The notes beneath the pieces are model-generated. The model was not told the origin of the DNA, ran no database searches, and saw only the letters and a program-made list of their open reading frames with translations. From Selenomonas ruminantium (GTDB lineage: Bacteria; Bacillota; Negativicutes; Selenomonadales; Selenomonadaceae): a stretch of 36,708 bases of DNA. Location of the stretch: NCBI GenBank assembly GCA_902798865.1, contig CADBYQ010000001.1, positions 1-36,708 of the forward strand. The letters run 5' to 3'. Made by a program: the position numbers and the translations under genes. The stretch's first letter is position 1. Every line of letters begins with the position of its first letter. Positions 16,312 through 27,732 of the stretch are shown here, piece by piece.

Positions 16312-18103
16312 CTTTCATCTTTTCTTCTATCGCAGCAATCTTATCCGGCGCAATCTCGCGCAGTTCTTCCATCAGCATGCTCAACTGACTGGAGAGAGTC
16401 AGCACCGTACCGCCTCCATGCTCCGAATAGAGCGGCTCCTTATGCTCTACGACATAATCGTTTTTGATGAGTTCCTGATAATGCTCACCAGGTACCGGCT
16501 CGGAGAAGAAATACCCCTGGACATATTCACAGCCAATCAGCCGCAAAAAGTCCACCTGCTTCTGCGTTTCCACACCCTCGGCAATCACCAGCAAGTCCAG
16601 CCGTTTGGCCATGCGCACAATGGAATCCAGAATATTATCCGCCCGGCCGTTCTCCACGCCCTGCGAATCCGCCAAAAAGCGCAAATCAATCTTCAGCACG
16701 TTCACCGGCAAATCCTTGAGCATATTCAACGAGGAATAGCCGCTGCCAAAATCGTCCATCAGGATAATAAAGCCCTTGGACTGCAATTCCGCAATAATTT
16801 CAATAATCTGCTGCGGATTTTCCACATAGGCACTTTCAGTAAGCTCCAGTTCCAACAAGCGCGGGTCAAGGTTGTACTTTTTCACCAAATCCTCAAAAAC
16901 CTGCACCAGATTGGGGCTGTAAAAATCGACCCGGGACACATTGATGGATACCGGCAAAACCGTACGCCCCTCATCAATATCTGCGCGCAGCTGCTGGCAG
17001 ACTTTCTCCCAGACATATTTATCCAGCTGATAGATAAAACCGTTCTGCTCGAATATCGGCACGAATTTCGCCGGAGAGATAAACCCCAGTTTGGGATGTG
17101 CCCAACGCACCAAAGCTTCAGCACCTACTATCGTTTCCGTCAGCAAATCGTACTTAGGCTGATAATAAACGATAAATTCATCCCGCTCCAAAGAGCCATT
17201 CATATTGTTGACGATAACCTGCTCATTGACGATATTGGCCCGCATATCTTCTTCATACACGCCACAAACGGACAAACCATTGCGCGATGCCTTAAATAAG
17301 GCCATCGCCGCCCTGTCCAGCATAGAATTTACAGATAACGTCCGATCTTTGACCGTATAAACGCCAAAGTAAAATTCAATACGATAGTCCAAGGCAAAGG
17401 ACACGGCCAGCATTTGCAAAGAATGAATCAGATGTTCCCGCAAATTTCCGCGAGTGGGGTAACACAGCAGGAAATTATCCGCATAAAGCCGCCCATAAAC
17501 ACAGGGTGTGAGCTGAATGCTGGACAAGAACTGTGCCACATAACGCAGGAGTTTATCCCCAGTATCTTCACCGAACAAGTCATTGATAACTTTAAAGCGG
17601 GCAATATTAAACCGCATGATTTCAAATTCCAGTTCCGGATATTTTTCCAAAATTTCCGCAGCATTCCGACAGAACGCCTTTTTATTGTAAAGATTGGTCA
17701 ACCGGTCATAATGCAGGTTGTACAAAAAGCTGGCAAACCCGCGCTGCACGTTAATACCGCAAAGCAGGTAGCCCTCCTCCCCCTCCCGGAACATCATCAG
17801 CAGGCGATGCGTGATGTGCTTGCGGTTATGGGTGGAAAACTCTACGGCCGCCCGTATGGTGAAGCCTTGCTCAGTCCCGACTTCTCCACAGGCAATTTTA
17901 CACACTTTGACCATGGACAATTTATTCCGGTTAGCCGCCAGAAGCTCCATGACCGGCTCCCGTCCCTGAACGTAACTTAATGACCCCACGCCAAAGGCAA
18001 TGACGTCTTCAGCCAACAAGTCATATATTCCAGTGGTACTACCGGATTCATAATATTCCTGGATAAACTTATTTACCAGACTTGTAATCTCGCTACGCTC
18101 CAT
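16289..18103 (-). CDS. c-di-GMP phosphodiesterase: SnoaL/NTF2-like N-terminus, degenerate GGDEF, EAL
   Basis: DRLTNLYN; GGDEF replaced by YADNF; YYQP, AEALVRW, LELTES, DDFGSGYSS, LKID, AEGVE, QGYFF. Confidence 0.92.
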   Translation of the reverse strand: MERSEITSLVNKFIQEYYESGSTTGIYDLLAEDVIAFGVGSLSYVQGREPVMELLAANRNKLSMVKVCKIACGEVGTEQGFTIRAAVEFSTHNRKHITHRLLMMFREGEEGYLLCGINVQRGFASFLYNLHYDRLTNLYNKKAFCRNAAEILEKYPELEFEIMRFNIARFKVINDLFGEDTGDKLLRYVAQFLSSIQLTPCVYGRLYADNFLLCYPTRGNLREHLIHSLQMLAVSFALDYRIEFYFGVYTVKDRTLSVNSMLDRAAMALFKASRNGLSVCGVYEEDMRANIVNEQVIVNNMNGSLERDEFIVYYQPKYDLLTETIVGAEALVRWAHPKLGFISPAKFVPIFEQNGFIYQLDKYVWEKVCQQLRADIDEGRTVLPVSINVSRVDFYSPNLVQVFEDLVKKYNLDPRLLELELTESAYVENPQQIIEIIAELQSKGFIILMDDFGSGYSSLNMLKDLPVNVLKIDLRFLADSQGVENGRADNILDSIVRMAKRLDLLVIAEGVETQKQVDFLRLIGCEYVQGYFFSEPVPGEHYQELIKNDYVVEHKEPLYSEHGGGTVLTLSSQLSMLMEELREIAPDKIAAIEEKMKEEAAALW

Positions 18104-18319
18104 TCCCCATCGTCCCTTTCAGGATATTTTGACTCTTTTATTATTATATCATATCCATTCTCAAAAATGTGCTTATTTTTTAGCCTACTATGCGCACAGA
18201 CTACAAAATACACAGCACAAACACCAATGTCCATATCATATTGGGTATGCTACAATTGAGACAACAGTTCGGCAGTCATTCGGCTATTTATTAAAACGCG
18301 TCACAGGAGGTCTTCATTC

Positions 18320-19870
18320 ATGTATGAACTAATCAGCAGTATATGTGCTGTCTTCCAAAATCTTGCCGATTTGGTCTGGGGGTTCCCCACCAATATAGAA
18401 TGGTACGCCCAGCTCCCCATTATCGGTGAACTGCCGTTGGTCATCATTCTCTTAGTTGGAACCGGCATTTATTTCACCTTACAGCTTGGCTTTGTGCAGG
18501 TCAAATATTTCCGTTATGGTCTGAATACCTTGATAAACAGCAAAAAGACGGAACAGGGCATCAGCCCTTTGGCCTCATTCCTTCTCTCTACAGCCATGCG
18601 CGTAGGCCCCGGAAATATCCTGGGCGTGACGGGCGCCATTTCCACCGGCGGCCCCGGGGCCCTGTTCTGGATGTGGTTCTCCGCCTTCTTCGGCATGGCC
18701 ACGGCCTTTGTCGAATCCACACTCTCGCAGATTTACAAGGACAAGCAGGGGGATGAATACGTCGGCGGACTGCCCTGCTATGGACGGAAACTTTTGGGTG
18801 GTGCCGCCATTGTCGGCGGTACTTTGAGCCTGCTGTATATCGTCTATGCCCTGCTCTGCATTCCGGCTCAAGGCTTCAATACCATATCGGCCATGACCGC
18901 CATCACGCAGAATATAACGGGCACGGAGCTAGCTGCTGACAGCACGCTTGTCTGGATTTTCTTCCTGCTGCTGATGGGCGTGACCACCTTTTCTATCTTC
19001 GGCGGACTGCGCCGTATTACCAAAATCACAGATGTACTCGTGCCCATCATGGCCGTTATCTATGTGGCCGCAGTTGTCATGATGGTCGCCCTGAATCTTG
19101 ACCGCCTGCCCTGGTTCTTCTATGTGGTCGTGACTGAAGCCTTCCAACCCGAGCCAATCTTCGGCGGCGCTTTGGGTATTGCCCTCTCACAGGGTATCAA
19201 ACGCGGCCTCATGAGCAACGAGGCCGGACAGGGCACGCTTTCTATGCCCGCAGCAGTCTCCCATGCCAAACATCCCTGCGACCAAGGCATCATTCAGGCC
19301 ATCGGCGTCTTCCTCGACACCATGGTCATCTGTACGCTGACGGGTTTCGTCCTCATCATGGGACAGGCCTGGATGGGCAATGGTTCGGCGGCCTGGATGG
19401 AACTGGGCCGTCTGGAAAAATTTCTCGCTTCCTGCGCGCAGCTGCTGGGCACGGGTTCCGGTTATGGTCTGGCTACACTCGTCATCAGCATTTGCTTTGG
19501 CATCTTCGCCTTCACCTGCCTGTTGGGCTTCCCGTCCTTCTCCGAGATATGCGCCCGGCAGATTTCCCATAACAAGATGTTCATTGCCTCCGTCCGTCTG
19601 GTAAATTTGACGGTACTGGCCTTCGGCATGGTCACCAACATTGCCGGCTTTGACCTCAGCGCCCTCTGGAACCTCAGCGACTTTGCCAACATTGTCATGG
19701 TCTGCTGCAACTTGCCGCTGCTCTATCTGGGCTTTGGCCAAGTGAAAAAGGCCTTCGCGAATTTCGAAGACCAAAATGAAGAATTCAATTCGAAAACATT
19801 CGGTACGCCTGTTCCAGTTTGGGACGAATGCACCGAATCAGCAGCCCTGCACGTAATAAAGGATGCCTAA
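18320..19870 (+). CDS. Alanine/glycine:cation symporter (AGCS/AlsT family)
   Basis: VGPGNILGV, GGPGALFWMW, RGLMSNEAGQG, VFLDTMVICTLT motifs. Confidence 0.93.
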   Translation: MYELISSICAVFQNLADLVWGFPTNIEWYAQLPIIGELPLVIILLVGTGIYFTLQLGFVQVKYFRYGLNTLINSKKTEQGISPLASFLLSTAMRVGPGNILGVTGAISTGGPGALFWMWFSAFFGMATAFVESTLSQIYKDKQGDEYVGGLPCYGRKLLGGAAIVGGTLSLLYIVYALLCIPAQGFNTISAMTAITQNITGTELAADSTLVWIFFLLLMGVTTFSIFGGLRRITKITDVLVPIMAVIYVAAVVMMVALNLDRLPWFFYVVVTEAFQPEPIFGGALGIALSQGIKRGLMSNEAGQGTLSMPAAVSHAKHPCDQGIIQAIGVFLDTMVICTLTGFVLIMGQAWMGNGSAAWMELGRLEKFLASCAQLLGTGSGYGLATLVISICFGIFAFTCLLGFPSFSEICARQISHNKMFIASVRLVNLTVLAFGMVTNIAGFDLSALWNLSDFANIVMVCCNLPLLYLGFGQVKKAFANFEDQNEEFNSKTFGTPVPVWDECTESAALHVIKDA

Positions 19871-19918
19871 AGTTAACAATTTCGATATCATTTACGACTC
19901 TTCACCTATTTATATAGA

Positions 19919-19957
19919 AAAACGGCTTGCAGTTTTTGTAACTGCAAGCCGTCTTTC
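19919..19957. terminator. Bidirectional terminator between the atp operon and the symporter
   Basis: ACGGCTTGCAGTT / AACTGCAAGCCGT. Confidence 0.8.
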
Positions 19958-19962
19958 ATTGC

Positions 19963-20406
19963 TTATTTCAGATTCTCGATTTCCGTTCCCGTAGCACGCA
20001 GGCGGGCGATTGCACGCCGCAGGGCCAGCTGGGCACGTTCGATATCGATATTTCTGGCCTCGTCGCCTCCCTGATGGAAAGCAGCGATACGCTCTTTGGC
20101 GCGGTCCATGGCACGCTGGGCACGATTGATGTCGATATCAATCGGCTGTTCAGCTGCCGTGGCCAGCACCGTGATTTTTTCCGGAGTGACTTCCATGAAG
20201 CCGCCGGACACAGCGATAAGCTGTTCGTCCCTGTCGGAACCATTGAGACGCACACGCATGGCATGAGGCAAAAGCCCCGTTACCAGAGGAGCGTGTTTGG
20301 GGAGGATACCCAGCTCACCGCCCGTGGAACGGACGATAAGCATGCTGATGTCCTCGGCATAAACCACTTTATCCGGGGAGACAATCTCTAGCTGGATCGT
20401 AGCCAT
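19963..20406 (-). CDS. atpC: ATP synthase epsilon subunit
   Basis: LEIVSPD, GELGILPKHAP, VSGGFMEV. Confidence 0.97.
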   Translation of the reverse strand: MATIQLEIVSPDKVVYAEDISMLIVRSTGGELGILPKHAPLVTGLLPHAMRVRLNGSDRDEQLIAVSGGFMEVTPEKITVLATAAEQPIDIDINRAQRAMDRAKERIAAFHQGGDEARNIDIERAQLALRRAIARLRATGTEIENLK

Positions 20407-20409
20407 AGA

Positions 20410-21834
<1,425 letters not shown>

Positions 21835-21845
21835 TTACGATGCCC

Positions 21846-22697
21846 TTATTTCAGAGCTTCGGCACCGCCAACAATCTCGGTGATTTCGTTGGTGATACCT
21901 GCCTGACGTACCTTGTTGTAGTAGAGGTCCAGTTTGCTGATAAGCTCTTCTGCGTTGTCCGTTGCATTGCTCATGGCGTTCATGCGGGAGCTGAGTTCGC
22001 TTGCCGCAGACTGCAGGAGCGCTGCATAGATGGTGGTGTAGAGATACTGCGGAAGCAGGCTTCCGAGTACCGTGGCGGCATCCGGTTCATAGATGTACTC
22101 GGTAACCGGGCCTTCCGTGCCTTCTTCAGCCTCAAAGGGCAGGAGCTTGAGCACCTGCGGCTCACAGTTAATCGCCGAGATAAACTTCGTATAAACCATC
22201 TGCACTTCCCGGATTTCTCCAGTCTTGAAGCGTTCCACCAAATCATCGGCCAGTTTCTTGGCCAAATCAAAGGTTGGGCGTTCGCTGACGCCGATAACGC
22301 TCTTTACCACATCATAGCCACGATTCTTGAAGTGGCTGCTACCCTTGCGGCCGACAATGACCATCGGGGTATTTTTCTTATCCTCGACCAGTGCTTCCGC
22401 TGCCTTGCAGGCATTGGACGAATAAGCACCGGCAAGGCCCTTGTCACTGGTGACAAGCAAAATGAGCTTTTTGCCGTCCTCATGCTTAGTCAGCAGGGGA
22501 TGGGAAAAATCATTTCCCGCGGTAGCAGCAATCTGCTGTACCACCTGCACGACTTTTTCTGCATAAGGTTTGTTGGCAAGTGCTGCCTCTTTGGCATGAC
22601 GGAGACGCGAAGTCGCCACCATGTTCATGGCACTGGTTATCTGCTTGGTACTCTTTACGCTCTTAATGCGATGGCGGATGTCCTGTAAACTAGCCAA
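21846..22697 (-). CDS. atpG: ATP synthase gamma subunit
   Basis: KQITSAMNMVA, SDKGLAG, RQAGITNEITEI. Confidence 0.98.
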   Translation of the reverse strand: MASLQDIRHRIKSVKSTKQITSAMNMVATSRLRHAKEAALANKPYAEKVVQVVQQIAATAGNDFSHPLLTKHEDGKKLILLVTSDKGLAGAYSSNACKAAEALVEDKKNTPMVIVGRKGSSHFKNRGYDVVKSVIGVSERPTFDLAKKLADDLVERFKTGEIREVQMVYTKFISAINCEPQVLKLLPFEAEEGTEGPVTEYIYEPDAATVLGSLLPQYLYTTIYAALLQSAASELSSRMNAMSNATDNAEELISKLDLYYNKVRQAGITNEITEIVGGAEALK

Positions 22698-22717
22698 AAA
22701 GAATCACCTCGCTAACC

Positions 22718-24235
22718 TTATGCCATTTTGTATGTTACAGTTTCCTTGAATTCTTCGATAGCTTTCGAAAGATCTGCCTCAAGGGCATCATCAAGTTTCT
22801 TCTGCTGCGCAATTCTTTCCCCGATTTCCGGATGCTGAGCACGCATGAACTTCAGGAAGTCATTGTGGAACTCAACCACACGCTCTACCGGAATATCGGC
22901 CAGGAAACCGCGGACAGCGGTGAAAATCACCATAACTTGTTCCTGTACGAGGAGCGGGCTGTACTGTGCCTGTTTCAGCGTTTCAACCATGCGGGCACCG
23001 CGGTCGAGCTGTGCCTTGGTGGCTTTATCGAGGTCAGACGCAAACTGGGCAAATGCGGCCAGTTCGCGGTACTGAGCGAGGTCAAGACGCATGGTACCAG
23101 CAACCTGCTTCATGGCTTTAATCTGTGCCGAGCCGCCTACACGGGATACGGACAGACCGACGTTGATAGCCGGACGGATACCGGAGTAGAAGGCATCGGA
23201 TTCCAGCATAATCTGACCATCGGTGATGGAGATAACGTTGGTCGGAATGTACGCGGAAACGTCACCGGCCTGCGTTTCGATAATCGGCAGAGCCGTAATC
23301 GAACCGCCGCCCAGTTCGTCACTGAGTTTTGCGGCACGTTCCAAAAGACGGGAATGTAAGTAGAATACATCACCGGGATATGCTTCACGTCCGGGCGGTC
23401 TTCTGAGCAGCAGGGACATTGCGCGGTATGCAGCTGCATGCTTCGTCAAATCGTCGTATACGCAGAGGCAGGCCTTGCCCTGATACATGAAGTGTTCAGC
23501 CATGGCAACACCGGCATACGGAGCCAGGTACTGCAGCGGAGCGCTGTCAGCAGCCGTAGCAGCTACGACGATGGTGTACTTCATAGCGCCGGCTTCTTCG
23601 AGGGTTTTCACCACACGGGCTACCGTGGAAGCCTTCTGACCAATGGCTACATAGACGCAGATACAATCCTGACCCTTCTGGTTGAGGATGGTATCAACAG
23701 CGATAGCCGTCTTACCGATACCACGGTCACCGATGATGAGTTCGCGCTGGCCGCGGCCGATAGGTACGAGGGCGTCGATAGCCTTGAGACCAGTCTGCAG
23801 CGGTTCATGTACGGACTTGCGGTCAGCAATGCCCGGTGCATGGTACTCAACAGGACGGAACGTTTCCGCCTTGATGTCGCCCTTACCGTCAATAGGACGG
23901 CCGATAGCGTCAACAACGCGGCCAATCATGGCTTCGCCTACGGGAACCTGCATGATTTTGCCCGTACGCTTAACCTGTGCACCTTCTTTAATCTGGGTTT
24001 CACCGCCCAGGATAACGGCACCGACATTGTCCTGTTCAAGGTTCAGGACCAAACCAAATATATCATTACCAAAATCCAACAGCTCACCAGCCATGGCTTT
24101 TTCGAGGCCATGAATATGGGCGATACCGTCACCGATTTCGATAACCGTGCCAACCTCATCGACGTTCAAGTCTACTTCGTAGTTCTTGATTTGGTCTTTG
24201 ATGATGGCCGTTATTTCTTCCGGATTCATTTTCAT
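22718..24235 (-). CDS. atpA: ATP synthase alpha subunit
   Basis: [38 protein letters not shown]. Confidence 0.99.
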   Translation of the reverse strand: MKMNPEEITAIIKDQIKNYEVDLNVDEVGTVIEIGDGIAHIHGLEKAMAGELLDFGNDIFGLVLNLEQDNVGAVILGGETQIKEGAQVKRTGKIMQVPVGEAMIGRVVDAIGRPIDGKGDIKAETFRPVEYHAPGIADRKSVHEPLQTGLKAIDALVPIGRGQRELIIGDRGIGKTAIAVDTILNQKGQDCICVYVAIGQKASTVARVVKTLEEAGAMKYTIVVAATAADSAPLQYLAPYAGVAMAEHFMYQGKACLCVYDDLTKHAAAYRAMSLLLRRPPGREAYPGDVFYLHSRLLERAAKLSDELGGGSITALPIIETQAGDVSAYIPTNVISITDGQIMLESDAFYSGIRPAINVGLSVSRVGGSAQIKAMKQVAGTMRLDLAQYRELAAFAQFASDLDKATKAQLDRGARMVETLKQAQYSPLLVQEQVMVIFTAVRGFLADIPVERVVEFHNDFLKFMRAQHPEIGERIAQQKKLDDALEADLSKAIEEFKETVTYKMA

Positions 24236-24258
24236 AACTTAGCTGTCACCCCAGTTTC

Positions 24259-24801
24259 TCACTTGCTCGTCAGTAATTCTTTTTGCAGCGCCTGGAGGCG
24301 TCCGGCCACACTGCCGTCGATACGGCGGTCGCCGATTTTGACCACGACACCGCCCAAAAGGGCCTTGTTTTCGTGGAGGCGGAGTTCCACCTTTTTCCCC
24401 GTAACTGCTTCAAGTTTAGCGGCGATTTTTTTCTGCTGTGCTTCTGTTGCCGGCTGCGCCGTGGTCACATCAGCAATGACGATGCCGCGAGCGGCATTGG
24501 CCATTTCCCTGAACTGCTCCGCAATAACGGAAAGCAGGGCAAAGCGGCGCTTGTCCACTAAGAGGAGCAGGAAGTGGTAGATGCTCTGGGAAAGTTCCCC
24601 TTCGTACATCTTTTTGACCAGTTCCTTTTTGGCTTTGCGCTCCACCTGCGGGTTCGCGAAGAAGGCAACTGCGGCGGGCACATCTTCCAGGTCCTTTTTG
24701 ACCTGCAGAAGTTCCTTGCCATATTCTTCCAGTTTTCCTTCTTCCTGCGCCAGTTCAAAAATCGCCCGGGAATATTTATGTGCAAGCTGTAAGTTTAGCA
24801 T
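24259..24801 (-). CDS. atpH: ATP synthase delta subunit
   Basis: KYSRAIFELA, LLGGVVVKIGDRRIDGS; operon position. Confidence 0.96.
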   Translation of the reverse strand: MLNLQLAHKYSRAIFELAQEEGKLEEYGKELLQVKKDLEDVPAAVAFFANPQVERKAKKELVKKMYEGELSQSIYHFLLLLVDKRRFALLSVIAEQFREMANAARGIVIADVTTAQPATEAQQKKIAAKLEAVTGKKVELRLHENKALLGGVVVKIGDRRIDGSVAGRLQALQKELLTSK

Positions 24802-25298
24802 GGCAAATCACCAATCTTGTCCTTGTCCAGCTTATCCACAAATTCCGCGATAAGCGCTTCATTTTCAGCCGAATCCATATTCTTGGCGATGATTTTGCTG
24901 GCAGCAGCCATGGAAAGCGCCACCATTTCGGTGCGCAGTTTTTCAACAGCTTTTGCGCGGTCACGCTCAATATCGGCCTGAGCGGATTTTTTCATCTGCT
25001 CAATATCGGCTTTAACCTTCTGCTCCTCTGCCTCGCGGAACTCAGCGGCACGCTTTTCGGCATTCTTCTGAATCTCTTCAGCTTTTGCGGTAGCGGCAGC
25101 CAGTTTCGCCTTGTACTGCGCCAGCAGCTTGTCTGCTTCTGCCGCATCGGCATCGGCTTTATCAAGGCTTTCCTGAATCTTATCCTGACGGGCTTTGAGC
25201 ATGTTGACTACGGGTTTATACGCGAATGCGCGGAGCAAAACAACCAGAATCAGGAAGTTGATGATCTGCGCAATGAACGTCCCATTTAACTCGATCAA
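24795..25298 (-). CDS. atpF: ATP synthase b subunit
   Basis: QIINFLILVVLL...KP N-terminal TM followed by coiled coil. Confidence 0.96.
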   Translation of the reverse strand: MIELNGTFIAQIINFLILVVLLRAFAYKPVVNMLKARQDKIQESLDKADADAAEADKLLAQYKAKLAAATAKAEEIQKNAEKRAAEFREAEEQKVKADIEQMKKSAQADIERDRAKAVEKLRTEMVALSMAAASKIIAKNMDSAENEALIAEFVDKLDKDKIGDLPC

Positions 25299-25337
25299 TT
25301 CCTATGCCCCCTTTTTTATCAACTACATCAAAAGAAA

Positions 25338-25589
25338 TTATTTGATGAGCGGGTTTGCATAGAGCATGATGAGGGCAACAACGGTTGCGATGATAGCCAT
25401 GGACTCGATCAAACCAACGGAGATAAGGGTGTTGGTAAAGAGCGTGCTCTTTGCTTCCGGCTGGCGGGTGATACCTTCGATGAAACGGCTCGTTACAAGA
25501 CCATCACCGATACCTGCGCCGATTGCGGCAAGACCCATCGTAATACCTGCGCCAACGAGAGCAGCGGCTACCATAATTGCGTTTTCCAT
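25338..25589 (-). CDS. atpE: ATP synthase c subunit
   Basis: GAGIGDG glycine motif, RQPE loop, carboxylate in LIES. Confidence 0.98.
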   Translation of the reverse strand: MENAIMVAAALVGAGITMGLAAIGAGIGDGLVTSRFIEGITRQPEAKSTLFTNTLISVGLIESMAIIATVVALIMLYANPLIK

Positions 25590-25636
25590 GAAAAAATCCT
25601 CCTTAAAACCTTTAACTAAAAAATTCCCAGTTTGTC

Positions 25637-26311
25637 TTAGCCTTCTTCCTCACTCTTTACTGCATTGGCAAGATATGCCATCGACAGCATGGTGAAGATG
25701 AACGCCTGTACCCCGCCGATAAAGATACTGAACGCCAGCCAGATAACTGACGGTATGGGCATCCAAATTGGCATGAGCTGCAGCAGGATGATGATAAGAA
25801 TTTCACCTGCCAGAATGTTGCCGAATAGACGGAAGGCCAGCGTAATGGGCTTAGCGACTTCCTCTATGGCGTTGATGATGACAAAGACCGGCGTGGGCTG
25901 GAAGAAATGCGCGATGTAATGACCGCCCTTCATATAAAGCCCCAAACCGTGCACCATCACAATGACCAAGAGTGCAAGGCCTAAAGTGGTGTTCAAGTCA
26001 TTTGTCGGCGATGCCATCTTTGGGATAAGCCCCAGCCAGTTGGAAACCAGCAGGAACATAAAGAGCGACACGACAAACGGCGCCAAAAAGCGTCCATTCT
26101 TGCCCATGGTCGCATCAATCTGTTCATGAAGCCAGACCACGATTGCTTCCACAACATTCTGCCAGCCTTGCGGCACCATCTGCAGATTGCGGGTTGCCAG
26201 CACTGCAATGAGCAGCACAATGGCCATCGTAATCCAGGTCATAACCAGAGTCTCCCAATTGAAGGTAAAGCCGGCAAACTGCACTACTTCGCGAACACCG
26301 ATTTCATGCAT
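25637..26311 (-). CDS. atpB: ATP synthase a subunit
   Basis: SPTNDLN, LAFRLFGNILAGE, VQAFIF. Confidence 0.97.
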   Translation of the reverse strand: MHEIGVREVVQFAGFTFNWETLVMTWITMAIVLLIAVLATRNLQMVPQGWQNVVEAIVVWLHEQIDATMGKNGRFLAPFVVSLFMFLLVSNWLGLIPKMASPTNDLNTTLGLALLVIVMVHGLGLYMKGGHYIAHFFQPTPVFVIINAIEEVAKPITLAFRLFGNILAGEILIIILLQLMPIWMPIPSVIWLAFSIFIGGVQAFIFTMLSMAYLANAVKSEEEG

Positions 26312-26346
26312 ATACCTCAACCTCCTCCCAGGAATTCCTGAGTTAC

Positions 26347-26718
26347 TTATTTCGCGCTATTCATGCGGATCATGAGAACCATAGCCCAGGCATAACAGAG
26401 GACGAACCCCAGCGCCACTATGCTGAACACTTGCGTAGAAATCTGGACGGCTGCGAAGAGTACTATAAATAATACCAGCAAACGCAAAACCAGCCCCCAA
26501 AGCATCTGCCTTTTCGCATGGTTAGCAGTAGCGTGCGCGGCTCTCCACAGCCGCAAGGACATATTTCCCAAGAATACCAGGCCCGTCATAAAGCCGATGA
26601 TCAGCGCCCCGATAAGCTCCGTCTGCCCGTTTGCCACGAGCATACTGCCTACCGCCAAGGTGATAACCCCCAACCCCATTATAAGCCTTTTCATGAATAT
26701 CGGCAAAACTTCTTTCAT
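26347..26718 (-). CDS. atpI: ATP synthase protein I
   Basis: Four TM helices; first gene of the atp operon. Confidence 0.85.
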   Translation of the reverse strand: MKEVLPIFMKRLIMGLGVITLAVGSMLVANGQTELIGALIIGFMTGLVFLGNMSLRLWRAAHATANHAKRQMLWGLVLRLLVLFIVLFAAVQISTQVFSIVALGFVLCYAWAMVLMIRMNSAK

Positions 26719-27042
26719 ATTCCTCCTCCGGCAAAAATGCCTGTCAGTTGAATATTAGGCTATTGCCCATTTTTAACAATTCAACATAAAAAGCAAATAT
26801 CCTTTTTTACAAGAAAAATTTATCCACTTTTTTGCATTTTTTTCACCTTTAGGTCGGAATTATTTATGAGATTTTATGATGTAATTATTTGTATTTATAT
26901 TACGATAAATCAATAGTTAAATTTTATCGCATTTTGTCGCAATGACTATTATAGGCAAATTATGATAAAAAGGCAAGAAATAATTGCAAATAATGGTAAA
27001 ACCGCGAATACAATAATTCATATTTATATTTCCATAAAACAA

Positions 27043-27093
27043 AAGAGCTGTGAAAAATATGTCCAAAATGCACAACATATTTTTCACAGCCCT
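27043..27093 (-). terminator. hsp20 terminator (long palindrome)
   Basis: Perfect 16-bp inverted repeat GCTGTGAAAAATATGT (27047-27062) / ACATATTTTTCACAGC (27075-27090). Confidence 0.75.
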
Positions 27094-27102
27094 CTGCATA
27101 GT

Positions 27103-27564
27103 TTACCGAATATGAATCGTCGTCGTATGCTCGACTTCTGCGGCCTTTGGCATCTTCACATGCAATACACCATCTTTGAACTCAGCATCAATGCGAGATT
27201 CATCAATATTGTCGATGTAGAAGGAACGGCTTACCGAGCCCATACGGCGTTCACGGCGGATGTAATTGCCCTTGTCATCCTGCTGGTTGTTCTCCGCCTG
27301 CTGCTGAGCAGCAATCGTAAGATAACCGTTCTGATAACTGAGCTTTACATCCTCTTTCTTCATGCCGGGCAGGTCGGCAGTCAGCTCGTAGCTGTCGCCG
27401 TTATCCTTGACATCCACCCGCATGCCGCCATTGGCATTAAAACCTGACATGGTGGGGAAGAAATCATCATTGAAGAATGGTTCATTGAACACATCCCAGA
27501 TGCTCTGCGGAGCATTCCCCGCTGCCAAATCCTTACGCGTACCAAATGGAACCAAACCAAACAT
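27103..27564 (-). CDS. Hsp20/alpha-crystallin small heat shock protein
   Basis: MRVDVKD, ADLPGMKKEDV, YIRRER, AEFKDGVL; start MFGLVPF at 27564. Confidence 0.96.
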   Translation of the reverse strand: MFGLVPFGTRKDLAAGNAPQSIWDVFNEPFFNDDFFPTMSGFNANGGMRVDVKDNGDSYELTADLPGMKKEDVKLSYQNGYLTIAAQQQAENNQQDDKGNYIRRERRMGSVSRSFYIDNIDESRIDAEFKDGVLHVKMPKAAEVEHTTTIHIR

Positions 27565-27681
27565 AATCAGCAACCCCTTTCTAAAATCTATACCGGTCAA
27601 GGGAGCTTGCTGTGCCTCTCTTGACTATTTGTAACATTTCTGTAATCCGGTCTTTCTTTTCTCTTTCCTGATTACAATTTT

Positions 27682-27718
27682 ATTATAGCTCAAATAGTCA
27701 AAAAGTCAATAGGTCAAA
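27682..27718 (-). promoter_or_regulatory. hsp20 promoter overlapped by CtsR-like heptad repeats
   Basis: TTGACT-16-TATAAT; AGTCAAA (27696), AGTCAAT (27704), GGTCAAA (27712). Confidence 0.65.
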
Positions 27719-27732
27719 AAGAAAAAATTACT

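Noticed and set aside
26800-27040. AT-rich gap upstream of atpI as a Rex site, hidden gene or sRNA
   Set aside because: Only a partial Rex-like match, and no clear ORF with RBS or promoter-terminator pair.
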